Shown here: positions 1-8,859 of the stretch, in pieces
Layout: each line of letters opens with the position of its first letter
Numbering within the stretch: position 1 is the stretch's first letter
From: Nanobdellota archaeon
GTDB lineage: Archaea > Nanobdellota > Nanobdellia > Parvarchaeales > Parvarchaeaceae
Assembly: GCA_021794235.1 (NCBI GenBank)
Contig: JAJYRE010000004.1
Span: 10,920-74,919 of the forward strand
DNA length: 64,000 nucleotides
Direction: 5' to 3'
Translations under genes and position numbers: made by a program
Notes under the pieces: generated by a model
Told to the model about the DNA's origin: nothing
Databases searched by the model: none
The model's input: only the letters and a program-made list of their open reading frames with translations

Positions 1-959
1 AGCAGGTGTATGTCGCCTCTTATCGCGCTTGTGTTGTTCTCCGAGACTTTCCTTACCCCTCCGAACATCTGCAGGACTATAGCATCTTTTATATTATCGT
101 GTCCGAATATATTCGGGCCAATAGAGTTTCTGAATTTATTGTATATCATCTTGTCTTTGGCGAGCTCCTTTATCATTATCTCCTCTTCCTTTGTGACCGT
201 TATATCCTCATATCCCTGTTCAACCGCTTCAAGATACGACGCCGCCAGAAAGATGTCTGAAGTGTTGGACCTTTTTCCGCTGGGGTATATTATAGGGTGC
301 TCGCTGACTATCCCCGTGACCATCACTTTGTTACCCGGGATTATATTCCTCTCGAATTTAGGGTCCACCAGGTCCTTGTTCAATATGACATCTATGTGCT
401 CCGGCTGCGCACCGCCTTCCAGATCTTCCGGTGCCTCCTCCAGCAGTATCCTCTGCGTGTCGATAAGCTTCTTTCCCACAATCTTAAACTTTCCCTTTTT
501 CCCGCAGTTCGGGCAGAGCGTTGGCTGCTTTTGCGTCCTCTCCTTCTGTTCCACTTTTATTATGTGGCCGCAGCTTCCGCACTCAAAGTCTATGCTGTCA
601 GCCACGGGCTTGACGCTGGCCGCGAGTTTTATAAGCCCTGTGACCTGCAGTATTCTGCCTATGTGCTTGCTTCTTATCTCCCTTATCAGGAGCTGAGCGG
701 TTTTCGGCAGGTTCTTCAGCCTGACCTCTATATCGAATTGTTTGTAAGGCGTGGTGGCCTCGTTTACATAGAATTTTATGTCTTCTAGGGCCTCTTCCGG
801 CTGATGCAGTATATAGTCCCCAACTTCCGGGGAATAGCTGTCTATATCATTGAAGTCTATTACTACTGCTCCTTTGTTGCTTGACAGTATCTTCTTTATC
901 TCATCACCGAGCTTCTTGTTTACAAAGGAAGAGATCTCCTCCTCGAATTCTTTTTTCAT
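1..959 (-). CDS. mcm: MCM replicative helicase, N-terminal portion (3' end runs off the window)
   Basis: Absent from the ORF track because it runs off the window edge. My translation from the ATG (complement of 957-959) gives MKKEFEEEISSFVNKKLGDE..., the zinc motif CGSCGH...CPNCG, and at the edge ...LQMFGGVRKV...IRGDIHLL, the segment that precedes the MCM Walker A. Confidence 0.9.
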   Translation of the reverse strand, partial: MKKEFEEEISSFVNKKLGDEIKKILSSNKGAVVIDFNDIDSYSPEVGDYILHQPEEALEDIKFYVNEATTPYKQFDIEVRLKNLPKTAQLLIREIRSKHIGRILQVTGLIKLAASVKPVADSIDFECGSCGHIIKVEQKERTQKQPTLCPNCGKKGKFKIVGKKLIDTQRILLEEAPEDLEGGAQPEHIDVILNKDLVDPKFERNIIPGNKVMVTGIVSEHPIIYPSGKRSNTSDIFLAASYLEAVEQGYEDITVTKEEEIMIKELAKDKMIYNKFRNSIGPNIFGHDNIKDAIVLQMFGGVRKVSENNTSAIRGDIHL

Positions 960-1001
960 CCAAACCCCTACCTTTATTTGATTTTTATCTAAATATATCT
1001 G

Positions 1002-1442
1002 TTACAGCGCCGAAATTGCATAGCCTATAACCGCGCCTATCAGCGCCCCGACAATGATGTCTCTTGGATAATGGGATTTTATGTAAAGCCTGCTGTACAT
1101 TACGATCAGTGCAAAAATGAACAGGGGTATGAATAAAGGCGTCCCCCACAGCAGAAATGCAAAGAAGGACACCGACGCAGAGTGGGTCGATGGGAAACTC
1201 CGCCTGTTCAGTTTGAAAGTATTCCTGTAGAACTTCCGCTCCAGTGCTGTTTTCGGCCTTCGCTCCCTGGTGAACAGCTTTATCCCCTCTGAAACGCCTA
1301 TTGTGAACCCCAGTCCAAGCACCAGAAACACGAGTAGCTTGAGCTCCGGGCGTATCAGTATTATCGCCAGCATCTCCAGTGTGAAAAGCTCTATCGGATA
1401 GTACTCTACAAGAAAAGAGAACTTTCTAAAATAATCCTTCAT
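1002..1442 (-). CDS. PAP2-family membrane phosphatase
   Basis: 146 aa, multi-TM. Carries the PAP2 motifs KxxxxxxRP (KLFTRERRP), PSxH (FPSTHSA) and SRxxxxxHxxxD (SRLYIKSHYPRD). Confidence 0.7.
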   Translation of the reverse strand: MKDYFRKFSFLVEYYPIELFTLEMLAIILIRPELKLLVFLVLGLGFTIGVSEGIKLFTRERRPKTALERKFYRNTFKLNRRSFPSTHSASVSFFAFLLWGTPLFIPLFIFALIVMYSRLYIKSHYPRDIIVGALIGAVIGYAISAL

Positions 1443-2149
1443 CTCTTTTTGCTCTTCTCCGCAAGATAGACCATCCTGTCGGCTCCGACGATCTCAGGAA
1501 GTACCACCTCATCGGCTCCGAGCTCCTTGAACTTCTTAATGTTTCTTATCAGATTGCACCTGGTTATCACCTTCAGGTTCTTGCTGGCTTCTTTTGCGTT
1601 CAGGACAACGATAAAATTGTCAACGTCCTGTCCCAATGCTGCGAAAAGGCCGTTGGCCATTTTTATATTGGCCATCTTGTAGGTCTTTTCTTCCAGCGCA
1701 CTCTCCTTCAGGACCCTGAATCCGAGTTTTTTGAGCTCCAAAGCCCGCGTCTCGTCACTCTCTACTATGAGGGTCTTCTCCCCTTTCTCCTTTAGCATGC
1801 TGGCTATTCTCTCACCTATTCTCCCACCGCCGCATATTATATAGTGGTTTCTAAACCTAAGCGTTTGTGCCATGTAAATCACCCCGCCAAACTCGCTTTT
1901 TATTAATGCCACAATAAACTCGAAAAGATAGACTGCGAATACACCTATGAACAATGATAGGAACAGGAGGAATATCCCGTAATTGAGCGTGAAATGGAAC
2001 GTCTCAAGCGCATAGGATATAACACCGATCGCACTGTCAAAAGACAGCTTGCTGTCTGTCGATATCAGTAGAGCAAGCAGTAGGAATACAATAAAAAGAA
2101 CAGTTGCGGATATCAGGACTTTTTGACCCGCTTCTTTTACATTATCCAT
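1439..2149 (-). CDS. Membrane protein with a TrkA-N/RCK (K+ channel regulatory) domain
   Basis: 236 aa. N-terminal TM helices are followed by the Rossmann motif IICGGGRIGERIA and an RCK-like body. Overlaps the PAP2 gene by 4 nt. Confidence 0.7.
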   Translation of the reverse strand: MDNVKEAGQKVLISATVLFIVFLLLALLISTDSKLSFDSAIGVISYALETFHFTLNYGIFLLFLSLFIGVFAVYLFEFIVALIKSEFGGVIYMAQTLRFRNHYIICGGGRIGERIASMLKEKGEKTLIVESDETRALELKKLGFRVLKESALEEKTYKMANIKMANGLFAALGQDVDNFIVVLNAKEASKNLKVITRCNLIRNIKKFKELGADEVVLPEIVGADRMVYLAEKSKKR

Positions 2150-2192
2150 AGGATTATAAAAGAATCCACTATTATAAACTTAAGGAACTTGT

Positions 2193-2501
2193 TTACTCGA
2201 GTAGTTCCATCTCTATGTTTACTTCTTTGGGAACGTTAGTCTTCATTATAAGGTGAAGTGCCTTAGGATCCGCCTGCATATCTATTATCCTCTTGTGGAG
2301 TCTGAGCTCCCAGGTCTCGTAGCTTTCCCTGCCGGCGCCGTTCGGTGCCCTTCTGGTGGTTACCCTCACCTTTTTCGTAGGCAAAGGTATAGGACCAAGC
2401 AGAGTGGTGCCTAGCTTCTTCGATATAGAAACTATATCGGTGCAGACCGTCTCCAATTTTTTTGCATCAGTCGATGTCAACTTTATCCTTGCTTTTTGCA
2501 T
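2193..2501 (-). CDS. rps10: 30S ribosomal protein S10 (uS10)
   Basis: 102 aa: MQKARIKLTSTD...GPIPLPTKK...THKRIIDM-like...EMELLE, a typical uS10 sequence and length. Confidence 0.95.
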   Translation of the reverse strand: MQKARIKLTSTDAKKLETVCTDIVSISKKLGTTLLGPIPLPTKKVRVTTRRAPNGAGRESYETWELRLHKRIIDMQADPKALHLIMKTNVPKEVNIEMELLE

Positions 2502-2750
2502 AATCTTTTATTACTCCTGTTCGATTACAACTATTTTAAACGAATGTAGACTTTAAATAAGTATCTCAGATGCATCTCCTATTTATACATTCCCATACAG
2601 ATCTCGATGGATTCGTTTCGTCCTGTTTATGGATATACCGCAATGCGTATGCTTTCTGACAATAATCCCCGTGCATGTGCGTAAACTCATGACAAAGTAT
2701 TTAAATACTAGGTGTTCATTCTTATTACAATTAGAAAAGGAGGCGGATTT

Positions 2751-3098
2751 ATGGATGAGGCTGTTAAAGAAATTGATAGTTTGGTTTATTCTACACTCGA
2801 AAAAATAAGAGCTAAAGGCGGTGTAATAAAGAAAGGAATAAACGAGGTTACTAAGGCTCTTGAAAGATCTCAGGCTAAACTGGTAGTGTACGCTGCAGAT
2901 GTTTCTCCAAAGGAGATAATAATGCACATTCCACTGCTGGCAAAGGACCAGAACGTTCCTTGCGTAGAAGTAAGGACAAAATTGGATCTGGGCAAAGCCG
3001 TTGGGATGAACGTAGGTTCTTCCGCGATAGCTGTCGTAGATGCAGGGGAAGAGGCACACTCTCTAGAGGACCTTGTAGGTAAAATCAAATCTGTATGA
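2751..3098 (+). CDS. rpl7ae: 50S ribosomal protein L7Ae (K-turn binder)
   Basis: [49 protein letters not shown] is the L7Ae/L30e family core. I chose the ATG at 2751, which is preceded by aaggaggcgg; the track ORF begins earlier, at 2712. Confidence 0.9.
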   Translation: MDEAVKEIDSLVYSTLEKIRAKGGVIKKGINEVTKALERSQAKLVVYAADVSPKEIIMHIPLLAKDQNVPCVEVRTKLDLGKAVGMNVGSSAIAVVDAGEEAHSLEDLVGKIKSV

Positions 3099-3364
3099 TG
3101 AAAGGAAAGCGTGATGCTAGACCGAAGGGAAAGCCCCAGGATGGATCAGTCCAGGCCGGAAAGGCCGCGGACGCCTACCCTGCAGAAGTAGTCGAAATAG
3201 TCGGCAGACACGGTGTAGCCGGAGAAGTTACCCAGATCAAGTGCAAGATACTCGAGGGTTTTGATAAGGATAAGATAATGAGAAGGAACATAAGGGGCCC
3301 AGTTCTGTTGGGAGATATACTGATGCTCAAGGAAACAGAAATGGAAGCAACGCCTATAAAGTGA
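3095..3364 (+). CDS. rps28e: 30S ribosomal protein S28e with an N-terminal basic extension
   Basis: [51 protein letters not shown] is the S28e core. ATGA overlap with L7Ae. About 26 extra N-terminal residues, with no in-frame alternative start. Confidence 0.9.
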   Translation: MMKGKRDARPKGKPQDGSVQAGKAADAYPAEVVEIVGRHGVAGEVTQIKCKILEGFDKDKIMRRNIRGPVLLGDILMLKETEMEATPIK

Positions 3365-3368
3365 TAAT

Positions 3369-3533
3369 ATGGAATGCAGTTTTTGCGGTTCAGAAATAAA
3401 AAAAGGTACTGGTATCGTCTATGCAAAATTGGATGGAACCGTGTACAATCTTTGCAGTAAGAGATGCAAGGAAAACGTAGTAATGAAGAAAGACAAGAGA
3501 AAATTCAAGTGGGCCAACCCAGATAAGCAATAA
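3369..3533 (+). CDS. rpl24e: 50S ribosomal protein L24e
   Basis: Below the ORF-track size cutoff. My translation is MECSFCGSEIKKGTGIVYAKLDGTVYNLCSKRCKENVVMKKDKRKFKWANPDKQ*. This is the L24e zinc-ribbon pattern in the conserved L7Ae-S28e-L24e order. Confidence 0.85.
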   Translation: MECSFCGSEIKKGTGIVYAKLDGTVYNLCSKRCKENVVMKKDKRKFKWANPDKQ

Positions 3534-3556
3534 ATTGCCACACTCCTATTAGTTAA

Positions 3557-4375
3557 ATGAACAGGAAGGGAATCTCAGCCTTTTTAGGGATAATCATCTC
3601 ACTCGTAATACTCATACCAGTGGGCTTTATAGTATTCTTGATAATCTCGTCCGGTGCATCCAAGCTGGTGTCGTTCCAGCAGTCTGTGAACGCATATGTG
3701 TCAGCAACCCTCTCCGCGATGCAGACGGGGACGTCGGTGGTCGTACCGCCATCCGCACCGGATTTCGGCAGTACTACATTCCTAGCACAGTTCTACGGCG
3801 GCACGGCGTGTATGTCAATGATAGACCAGCTTTCGAGGAGCGCCATACTGGCGGAACCTACAAACCCGAGCAGCCTCACAAACAAATATTTCATATGCGT
3901 AGGAACGATGAATATGCAGCCGATCATATCGTACATGAGACAGTGGAACTATCTCCCGACATCGAGCGGATCCGCGTCTTTCCCCTATTGGTTTTCAAAT
4001 TACGGCCAGCTGAACTCGCAGTCCTACGGGCTGGCCCAGGGGGTATCCGGATCAAAAGACACGTTATCGTTCTTCACAAACTCCGCGAATCCGGCACAGA
4101 CTCTTGCCGGCTCCTGCGCAGATTTCTTTAACGCCACTACAACTTCGTACGGCTATGGCGTTCCATCGGCCTACATAACCGGTCTGAGCTGCGTCCCGCT
4201 GATGTACTCAAACAGTTCACTGTTCCTTAGCGTCGCTACATCCGGCTGCTCTTCAAGTAATGCGTGCAATTCCAATCCGGTGGCATTCCTATACGGCAAC
4301 CCGTCCTATGTTACAACACAGATATGCAGTTCTGGCGGTGGAAACTCATTAGTATGCCAGTTCTATCTTAAGTAA
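3557..4375 (+). CDS. Secreted Ser/Thr/Asn/Cys-rich protein with an archaeal type IV pilin-like N-terminus
   Basis: The N-terminus MNRKG|ISAFLGIIISLVILIPVGFIVFLI fits the archaeal pilin N-terminal pattern (basic residues, G, then xSxxxGxxxxxxI hydrophobic helix). The body is low in charged residues and has multiple N-x-S/T sequons. Confidence 0.55.
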   Translation: MNRKGISAFLGIIISLVILIPVGFIVFLIISSGASKLVSFQQSVNAYVSATLSAMQTGTSVVVPPSAPDFGSTTFLAQFYGGTACMSMIDQLSRSAILAEPTNPSSLTNKYFICVGTMNMQPIISYMRQWNYLPTSSGSASFPYWFSNYGQLNSQSYGLAQGVSGSKDTLSFFTNSANPAQTLAGSCADFFNATTTSYGYGVPSAYITGLSCVPLMYSNSSLFLSVATSGCSSSNACNSNPVAFLYGNPSYVTTQICSSGGGNSLVCQFYLK

Positions 4376-4376
4376 T

Positions 4377-5528
4377 ATGGACCTCGAATACGAAGCTATA
4401 CTGATGGTGATAATGATAGCCATAATGCTGATATTCATATACAGCGAGCTGGCTCCCGTACTCGCACCAAAGTCATCACAGTATTATTTCAATGAGGTGG
4501 TCAGCATGGCCAACTCCGCATGTTCGTCGGTACAGGGCCAGACAAACCTCGCATTCACAAATCCGAACGCGTTCGTATTCCAGATATATGACAACAACTA
4601 CTGCGGCTCTATCCTGTCCTCGGAGCCGGGAATATTCTACCAGTCCACTTACAACCCTGCCATATCAAATTCATACGACCTTTGCTTCGCAAATGTATCG
4701 TCTTCGACTTTCCAGATGCACTACTCGGGGAAGAATCCTGCTCTTAGGAAGGAGTACGGAAGTTCAAGTCTGCCGTTGGTGTCCTCACTTAACCTTACAA
4801 GCGGGAACCAGTATTATCTTAAAGCCCTCACTCAGAAGGAAGTCATCTACTCGTACCTCGACCTGTCAAAAAGCGGACCGGTAGGCGGCTCAGGAACATC
4901 AGTGCAGCAGAATCTTCCGGCATACTCATCATCAAACAAGCTGCTTCTGCCGGCTATCTCGGTCAACTCCAGCGATTCATCCATAACTCTGGTCCTATAC
5001 CCAACATCTCCTATAAATCCGCTGAATTACGCGATTCACATCGCCCAGTATGTAAACGTATCCTCGAACGTGAACATCGTGTTCAACAGCAACGCTCAAT
5101 GCGTTATTTCCCTGTCAAATATGAACGGAACAGGCAGGTATGTGGAATACCCTCCGTGCACAAACCGGAATATAACCAACATAAGCATATCGGTTTCACC
5201 TGTAAACCCAGTCACGCAGACATATAATTTCCAGCTTAACCTGAGTGCAACACAGACTACCGCATCGGCTTACGGAAGAAGCGTACTCGTACAGCAGTGT
5301 CTTAATATGGTGGATAGCGCAAACAGCGGGGCTCTTGTCAACGGCAGTATAATGTGCGTTCCTATAACCTGCGGCGGATTCAATTACACCCTCACAAATC
5401 AGAACAACAACGTTTTCTTGGGGCTGTATGGCGGCAATTATCCTTACTTCGGGATTCAATCGGGGCCGGGCACGCTTCAGATAGTAAACCCCAATACAGA
5501 GTCTTTCCTTAATACATCACTGCCGTGA
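4377..5528 (+). CDS. N-terminally anchored, sequon-rich extracellular protein (unknown family)
   Basis: 383 aa. Begins 1 nt after the stop of the previous gene. Has an N-terminal hydrophobic helix (AILMVIMIAIMLIFIY) and is Ser/Asn/Thr rich with many N-x-S/T sequons. No family recognised. Confidence 0.5.
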   Translation: MDLEYEAILMVIMIAIMLIFIYSELAPVLAPKSSQYYFNEVVSMANSACSSVQGQTNLAFTNPNAFVFQIYDNNYCGSILSSEPGIFYQSTYNPAISNSYDLCFANVSSSTFQMHYSGKNPALRKEYGSSSLPLVSSLNLTSGNQYYLKALTQKEVIYSYLDLSKSGPVGGSGTSVQQNLPAYSSSNKLLLPAISVNSSDSSITLVLYPTSPINPLNYAIHIAQYVNVSSNVNIVFNSNAQCVISLSNMNGTGRYVEYPPCTNRNITNISISVSPVNPVTQTYNFQLNLSATQTTASAYGRSVLVQQCLNMVDSANSGALVNGSIMCVPITCGGFNYTLTNQNNNVFLGLYGGNYPYFGIQSGPGTLQIVNPNTESFLNTSLP

Positions 5529-5574
5529 CCAACTTTCCTTAATAGTTTATATCTAATTTTTGCATATTGTTCTA

Positions 5575-7107
5575 ATGGTATATCCTGATATTCTGGGGAT
5601 AATAATCGACACCTCCTATTCGTGGGTAAGGATGTTTATAGCCCTGGGCCTCTCGTTTGTGATAAGCTTAGGCATTGGGATATCCGCTGCAAGAGTTCCG
5701 AAATTCGGACGTGTCATAATACCGGTAGTGGACATCCTGCAGACGCTTCCGATACTGGCATTCTTCCCGTTCGCAATATACATATTCGTATTTTATCTCC
5801 CGGGTTATGTAGGAATAAATGCGGCCGTTATATTTCTGATAGTAACGAGCATGCTGTGGAACATGATATTCGGGGTCTATCAGGCGATAAACTCGATGCC
5901 GAACGAGTATATCGAGGTGGCAAAGGTATACAAACTAAACCTTTTCAGAAGACTGACAAGACTTTACATACCCGCAGCCCTGCCGAGGATGTCGGAGCAG
6001 ATGAGCCTGTCATGGGCTATAGGTCTGTTCTATCTTGTAACCAGTGAGATATTCTCAGTGGGTACAAAGGACTTTGCGGTAAAACACGGTATCGGGGTGG
6101 CACTTACGAATGCTATGGCAACGGGTAATTTTTACAGCTACTTCTACGGCATAGCCATTTTCATAATATTTGTTTTCCTGACCAGGCTCCTGTTATTCGA
6201 GAGGTTTGATCGCTTCGCAAACAGGTCATCCATAGAAACGTATAAGAAGAGCAGGAACGACAGAGTAAGCCTTTCGATAAAGTCCGGTGTGTCTAGGATA
6301 ACACGGCGTATTTCATTGTCAAAACCAAGAAAAGAAAAGATCAAAAGGGAAGTTCCAAAAATTCTGGTTTATTTGGGCTATGCCGTTCTTGCTCTTGCGA
6401 TAGCCCTTGTAATCTACGCGATAGCCGATAATATAACAGCGAGCGAGCTTGGACAGATCCCCTCGTACGAGCTTTATGCACTCGTATCGCTGGGCGCCTC
6501 GTTCCTTAGAATCTGGGGCGCTTTCGCCGTCGTACTGGCTATAGCCGTCCCGCTAAGTATCTATGTGCTTTTTATCTCCAAGAGGAGGAAGCCGTTCATA
6601 TTTTCGTTTCAGATCGCTGCATCCATACCCGCTACCCTGCTCCTTCCACTCATAGCCAGTCTTGCTCAGGGCAACGCAGAAGCTCTTGCATTTCTTATTT
6701 ATGTGCTGAGCGGTCTTTGGTACGTGGTGTTCAGTATACTGGCTACAGCTAAATATCTCCCGTCCAATGTCGATGAGATCAGAAGGGTCTTTAGGCTAAA
6801 CGGCAGGAGCGCATGGAAAAAAATATATCTTAAGGCGATATTTCCCGGCCTGATAACCGGGGCGATAACAGCCATAGCGGCGGAATGGAACGCAAGCATT
6901 GTTGCAGAATATTTTTCAGCCGGAACCAGCGGAAAGGTCCTGACTTCCGTAGGCACCGGCATAGGAAAAGCATTGAATCTTGCTTTATCAAGCAATAATC
7001 TTTTCCTTATGGCTATACTTCTGGTCAACATGGTAATCATGATACTATCTATAAACTATTTCGTCTGGAGAAGATTATATAAGAAAATGGAGACAATATA
7101 TTCTTGA
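5575..7107 (+). CDS. ABC transporter permease, fused double permease (NitT/TauT-like)
   Basis: About 510 aa with two polytopic halves, each with a BPD-type permease signature region (..IFGVYQAINSMPNEYIEVAKVYKLN.. and ..ILATAKYLPSNVDEIRRVFRLNG..). ATG at 5575; the track ORF starts at a TTG at 5560. Confidence 0.8.
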   Translation: MVYPDILGIIIDTSYSWVRMFIALGLSFVISLGIGISAARVPKFGRVIIPVVDILQTLPILAFFPFAIYIFVFYLPGYVGINAAVIFLIVTSMLWNMIFGVYQAINSMPNEYIEVAKVYKLNLFRRLTRLYIPAALPRMSEQMSLSWAIGLFYLVTSEIFSVGTKDFAVKHGIGVALTNAMATGNFYSYFYGIAIFIIFVFLTRLLLFERFDRFANRSSIETYKKSRNDRVSLSIKSGVSRITRRISLSKPRKEKIKREVPKILVYLGYAVLALAIALVIYAIADNITASELGQIPSYELYALVSLGASFLRIWGAFAVVLAIAVPLSIYVLFISKRRKPFIFSFQIAASIPATLLLPLIASLAQGNAEALAFLIYVLSGLWYVVFSILATAKYLPSNVDEIRRVFRLNGRSAWKKIYLKAIFPGLITGAITAIAAEWNASIVAEYFSAGTSGKVLTSVGTGIGKALNLALSSNNLFLMAILLVNMVIMILSINYFVWRRLYKKMETIYS

Positions 7108-7108
7108 C

Positions 7109-7855
7109 ATGGCATTCCTGGAAGTAAAAGACATAGAATTCGGATACAAAGGAAGCGGCGTCGAAGTCATAGAGAGCATCTCATTTACAGGAAACGAATC
7201 AGAATTCATATCAATAGTCGGACCGTCCGGATGCGGTAAGAGCACTCTTCTAAGGATAATGGCAGGATTGATAGAACCGACAAGCGGCGAGGTCATACTG
7301 GAGAGAAGAAGGATACGGTCTTCAGATGAAAGGATATCTTTCGTTTTTCAGGATTCCGCTCTGCTGCCATGGCTGACAAACATAGAGAACGTCAAGCTGG
7401 GGCTCGAAGCGATGGATATAGACGAAGAGGAAAAGAACAAACTCGCATCCAACATGATGCATAAATTAGAGCTGTCCGGATTCGAAACTGCCTACCCGAA
7501 TGTACTGAGCGGCGGCATGAAGCAAAGGGTCGGAATAGCGAGGGCTCTGATATCGAATCCGCAAATGCTGATTATGGACGAGCCGTTCAGTTCACTGGAC
7601 GAGCTTACGGCAAACAGCCTTCGACACACGGTGCTCGATGTTCTTAAGGACAAAAAAGTACTGCCAAAATCCGTAGTGATGGTCTCCCACAATATAGAAG
7701 AGGCGGTGGAAATGTCCGACAAAATCATAGTGCTCTCCCCGAAGCCGACAAGAGTCAAGAAAATCATGTACATCCATTTGAAAAGACCGAGGGACAGGGG
7801 TAGCAGCGGATTCAGGAGCGCCGTCAACGAACTTTACAGTGTATTCGCCGCTTAA
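7109..7855 (+). CDS. ABC transporter ATP-binding protein (NitT/TauT-like)
   Basis: Walker A GPSGCGKST, signature LSGGMKQRVGIARAL, Walker B LIMDEPFSSLD, H-loop VSHN. Confidence 0.9.
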   Translation: MAFLEVKDIEFGYKGSGVEVIESISFTGNESEFISIVGPSGCGKSTLLRIMAGLIEPTSGEVILERRRIRSSDERISFVFQDSALLPWLTNIENVKLGLEAMDIDEEEKNKLASNMMHKLELSGFETAYPNVLSGGMKQRVGIARALISNPQMLIMDEPFSSLDELTANSLRHTVLDVLKDKKVLPKSVVMVSHNIEEAVEMSDKIIVLSPKPTRVKKIMYIHLKRPRDRGSSGFRSAVNELYSVFAA

Positions 7856-8337
7856 GGATCGTCTACCAAATGCCAAAGGTCATTGTAGTGGTCGTACGCG
7901 AGTATATGAAGTCTTATACCGGTATTAAGAAGGTCCTTCTTGAAACTATTCATGCCTATCATATTCGCCTTATAGCTTATGTAACCCTTCTGGGTAAGCA
8001 TGTTGAACAGCTCCGGCGTGGATATCGTCTTCTTGGATTTAAGGGTTTTTATTATCATCCTGAACGGCTGGACTCTTTTTATTGCAGACTCCGCGAAATC
8101 CACTATCCCCTTGTTGCTAAGGTCGCTTATTTTTTTGCTTATCTCCACCTTCCCCTTTTTTATTCTTAGGAGCTTGAGGATTTTGCAGGCGCTTATTACG
8201 TTGAAAAGTTCATCGGCTTCCTGCATAGCCTCGTCGGATAGCTTTTGCAGGGAGATGCTGTCATCATTATCCCTGACTAAGGATATAATCCCCTCTATCT
8301 GGCCAATCTTGACGTTCAGTGGAAACACAGTAGGCAT
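7852..8337 (-). CDS. Stand-alone homologue of the C-terminal AAA-associated domain of NitT/TauT ABC ATPases
   Basis: 161 aa. IGQIEGIISLVRDN..ISLQKLSDEAMQEADELFNVISACKILKLL..KGKVEIS...HILAYDHYNDLWHL parallels, from my memory of the family, the AAA_assoc_C domain that is usually fused to these ATPases. Convergent with the ATPase gene, with a 4-nt overlap. Confidence 0.6.
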   Translation of the reverse strand: MPTVFPLNVKIGQIEGIISLVRDNDDSISLQKLSDEAMQEADELFNVISACKILKLLRIKKGKVEISKKISDLSNKGIVDFAESAIKRVQPFRMIIKTLKSKKTISTPELFNMLTQKGYISYKANMIGMNSFKKDLLNTGIRLHILAYDHYNDLWHLVDDP

Positions 8338-8450
8338 AAATTAATGATATGATGTAAGTCCAGCTTATTATAGTTTATCTACGGCTTCCCCACGTTCTAA
8401 ATCGCAATTTATATTAATACGGATGTATATAATTATTTATCAATAGGCGT

Positions 8451-8468
8451 TTGACATACGCTTGTCAA
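8451..8468. promoter_or_regulatory. Inverted repeat TTGACA-N6-TGTCAA between an AT-rich TATA-like tract and the zinc-ribbon ORF
   Basis: ttgacatacgcttgtcaa read directly. It lies downstream of tatataattatttat (about 8427-8441) and upstream of the ATGs at 8480/8495. Confidence 0.25.
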
Positions 8469-8494
8469 AGACAAAAACAATGTCGCTGGTGTTT

Positions 8495-8773
8495 ATGGCA
8501 AAAGTAACAGTAACAATATGCGATGCGTGCAAGCAAAAGATAGCAACCAGGACATGTCCTGTGTGCGGTAAGGACCTATGCGAGGCCGACACGAAGTCTT
8601 TCTCAGTAGATGTCGGACTTAGATTCGGACAGAGGATGGAAATATACCACGGCAACATGTGCGAGGACGATTACAAAAAACTGGAGGGCAACCTAGGCGG
8701 TACTCTCGGTAAGATAAGCGAGAAGCTCAAGCAGGATATAGACGGAGTCGTAAAGGACAGCGTAGCGGTCTAG
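8495..8773 (+). CDS. Small zinc-ribbon protein (unknown function)
   Basis: MAKVTVTICDACKQKIATRTCPVCGKDLCE... contains CxxC...CxxC. The start is uncertain, with alternatives at 8480 (ATG) and 8462 (TTG). Confidence 0.45.
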   Translation: MAKVTVTICDACKQKIATRTCPVCGKDLCEADTKSFSVDVGLRFGQRMEIYHGNMCEDDYKKLEGNLGGTLGKISEKLKQDIDGVVKDSVAV

Positions 8774-8859
8774 GTCAGTCCGATCTTTAAGAGATTCTGA
8801 AAGGGAGTTAGAGGGTTACGTATAAAAATATATATTGGATATATAATTATTCATATTAT

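Noticed and set aside
10-696. 228-aa plus-strand ORF (with overlapping ORFs 6-260 and 297-788) at the window start
   Set aside because: It is antisense to a clear MCM helicase reading frame. The translation is low-complexity (Ser/Leu/Phe/Cys rich) with no motifs, typical of a shadow ORF.
2502-2750. Search for a K-turn autoregulatory element in the L7Ae 5' leader and for C/D-box sRNAs in this and other spacers
   Set aside because: I could not find a convincing C-stem / 3-nt bulge / tandem G-A arrangement, or paired RUGAUGA...CUGA boxes, by eye. This needs a covariance-model scan and is not reportable from inspection alone.
2583-3059. 158-aa minus-strand ORF spanning the S10/L7Ae intergenic region and the L7Ae gene
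   Set aside because: It overlaps the well-supported L7Ae CDS in antisense. The translation is Cys/Tyr/Phe rich and non-protein-like, and the region is better explained as divergent promoters.
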